A DNA stretch of 64,000 nt, taken from positions 806,001 through 870,000 of the forward strand of contig VJWM01000011.1 of the NCBI GenBank assembly GCA_010909165.1, in the 5' to 3' direction. Each line of letters opens with the position of its first letter. The stretch's first letter is position 1. Origin of the DNA: Anthoceros angustus. Lineage: Eukaryota > Plantae > Anthocerotophyta. The notes under the pieces were generated by a model that saw nothing but the letters and a program-made list of their open reading frames with translations, made no database searches and was not told the origin of the DNA. The position numbers and the translations under genes are program-made. Below, in pieces: positions 61,987 to 64,000 of the stretch.

Positions 61987-63465
61987 ATGGCCGAATGGAG
62001 GAAGCGGAGGGTAAGAATCAAGACATTTCTAGGACTTCTGAAGGACCAGTTGGAAAAAGGATTAGCATTCGCAACCAGTACCTTTGCAGGCATGCATATA
62101 GCAGTGCTCATGGCAACCAGCCGTGAAGAGTGCCTCCCAGAGGAAAAGCATGTGCAAACCATCCTCTCAGCAGGGACAGGGTCGAGGGTACGAGTGGCCT
62201 TCTGCGTGAGGGCCCTGGTGAAGAGGTTGCAGAAGACAAGGAAATGGGCTGTGGCATTGAAGTGTCTCGTGGTCATCCATCGCACACTCCATGAAGGAGG
62301 GTTCCTGTTCCAAGATCATCTCGCTGCACTTGCTAACGGAGGCCGTGACTTCCTCAACTTGTCCAATTTTAAGGACGACTCTGGACCTTTGGCTTGGGCA
62401 CTCTCTTCCTGGGTGAGAAGGTATGCACATTTTCTAGACGAACGTCTGATCTGCTGCAAGGTGGTGGGCTCGTTTCTGGACAACAAAAGTCGACATGTAG
62501 GGGAAAGGGTGCCTTACTTGGCAACGGAGGAGCTGTTGGAGGATGTCTCTGCTCTACAGTCACTCTTGAAGCAAGCTTTTGAATGTGAGGTGGATAGAAT
62601 TGCGGCAGAAAATGAACTCATTTTGGAGGCTCTGAGACTAGTGGTTCGAGATAGCTACCTTGTACAGGAGGAACTCAGCTTTCGGCTAAAAGAAATGATG
62701 GCAAGATTAGATGTCTTACGGCTTGCTGAGGCCCTGCAGCTCCTCCACGTCTGCAGGAAAGCTTCTGAGCAGACAGAGAGGCTGGTCGAATTCTGTGAAC
62801 TATGTGAGGCTTCTGGCATATCAGAGGCTTGCACGATCCCCGAGAGGATTGAGTTTTCAGACCTGGATCTCCGGAAGGTGAATCAGGCTATCAAAGCAGC
62901 GTCGACACAGCCTTCGATGATATCCTTGCTGCGAGCTGAAACTCTAAGTAGACACACAGGTGCGACAGGCCGCTTTTCATTCAGCAGTGCTCCAGAGGCA
63001 GTTGTTCAGGGCTTGAGAAGATCCCGCTCAAGTTCAGAAAAGGGGTCGGGCGGCTTTCGAGCTCAGTCATCCCCTCCTTCACAGATCAATGGGGTGTCAA
63101 CGAGGGGAGTTGGAGACAATCATGCAATTCAAGGCAAGTCGGGTGGGTTAGCATCTTCAAGAGGAGACTTGCAGCCTGGAGCAGTGGTACCTCTTGAGGG
63201 TCTACTACCCATGATGCCTCCCCTGAATAGCTATCAAGGTTATGCTGTCCAGCCGTCTCTTGAGGTCCCCCATCGTTCTTCGCAGGGTAATGGAGTGGGT
63301 GTGAGTGATGTTAGAAACTCCAATTTTCCTGTGTTGCATAGGTCACCATCACCATTGGCAGGAAAAACATCTGTTTCTGAAGGAACAGAATGGGAGAGCA
63401 CACTCTTGGAATCTTTGAAGACCTTGGAGTTTGACAACAGGTCCTTCCCATCTCTTAAGCTGTAG
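61987..63465 (+). CDS. ANTH-domain clathrin assembly protein (PICALM-like)
   Basis: GLLKDQ, AVLMATS, RLQKTRKWAVALKCLVVIHRTLHEG, LNLSNFKDDS, WVRRYAHFLDERL; 3' end may be spliced further. Confidence 0.9.
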   Translation: MAEWRKRRVRIKTFLGLLKDQLEKGLAFATSTFAGMHIAVLMATSREECLPEEKHVQTILSAGTGSRVRVAFCVRALVKRLQKTRKWAVALKCLVVIHRTLHEGGFLFQDHLAALANGGRDFLNLSNFKDDSGPLAWALSSWVRRYAHFLDERLICCKVVGSFLDNKSRHVGERVPYLATEELLEDVSALQSLLKQAFECEVDRIAAENELILEALRLVVRDSYLVQEELSFRLKEMMARLDVLRLAEALQLLHVCRKASEQTERLVEFCELCEASGISEACTIPERIEFSDLDLRKVNQAIKAASTQPSMISLLRAETLSRHTGATGRFSFSSAPEAVVQGLRRSRSSSEKGSGGFRAQSSPPSQINGVSTRGVGDNHAIQGKSGGLASSRGDLQPGAVVPLEGLLPMMPPLNSYQGYAVQPSLEVPHRSSQGNGVGVSDVRNSNFPVLHRSPSPLAGKTSVSEGTEWESTLLESLKTLEFDNRSFPSLKL

Positions 63466-64000
63466 TCAAGGGGGTATTAGCTTTGCAGGTACATCAAATC
63501 TAAGCTCCACTACAGCACCCCACATCCAACAGGATTCTACAAGTACCACTGAGAGCTTGGAATTTCAGTCCTCTGTACCAGCTCCTCAATCCCAGGCAGG
63601 GCTAGCTCGACGGAAACATCGTTTGAGTCTGCAACACGACCTGGTTGAGGGGCAACGTCAGCAACAGCCAATAGCAGGACCTCTTTTTGCACCTCAACCA
63701 CTGTATCCTGACTATTTCGGATCCGTCCTTGTAGACGGCAATGGGCTGGCTGCTCCTTTGCCTAGATGACATGCCATTTGACGCGGACAGTCTACTAAAG
63801 ACATCTCGCGTTGTAGTCAAGCGCCATTTATTTTCTTCTGCTCAGTTCAGGACTCCTACCGAGGCTCCACAGGGCAGATTAGACTAGGGCTTGAACTCTA
63901 TCTAAGCTTGTCCTGATGCAAGCGAAGATCAGGGCTTGGATCTAGGGGAACGAAAATAGTCCTGAAGAGAATCTGCAGGGATACTGCCGGGGGCAGGTTG

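Overview
Eukaryotic nuclear DNA from a gene-dense, seed-free land plant. Short (~80-150 bp) GT-AG introns, flagellar genes (CYB5D1, a CFAP61 remnant), a PLS-type PPR with an SS motif, and intergenic gaps of 140-260 bp suggest a hornwort/bryophyte (inference). About 20 genes are recognisable: MnmA, a COMM-domain-only COMMD7-like gene, trigger-factor-like, DeSI, two convergent sHSPs, POP4, GlnRS, class III peroxidase, CYB5D1, ALDH22, SFR2-like GH1, ankyrin, a PQQ beta-propeller, START, GT29, an NAD(P)-Rossmann protein, Em/LEA, PPR-E+ and ANTH. A nested transposon island at ~7-16.3 kb holds a CRE-like RLE retrotransposon, two Copia remnants, a probable Ty3 3' region with an antisense ORF, and a 2.39-kb TIR element with a 4-bp TSD whose empty site can be rebuilt. 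Several decayed gene fragments are present (COMMD copy, GlnRS exon copy, P450, CFAP61). The most novel-looking items are the AAC...GTT/4-bp-TSD element with a GC-rich array, the 74-aa mini-COMMD7 just upstream of MnmA (possible bicistron), and a GT29 with all four sialylmotifs plus an EGF-like stem. All calls come from reading the sequence by eye; no searches were run.
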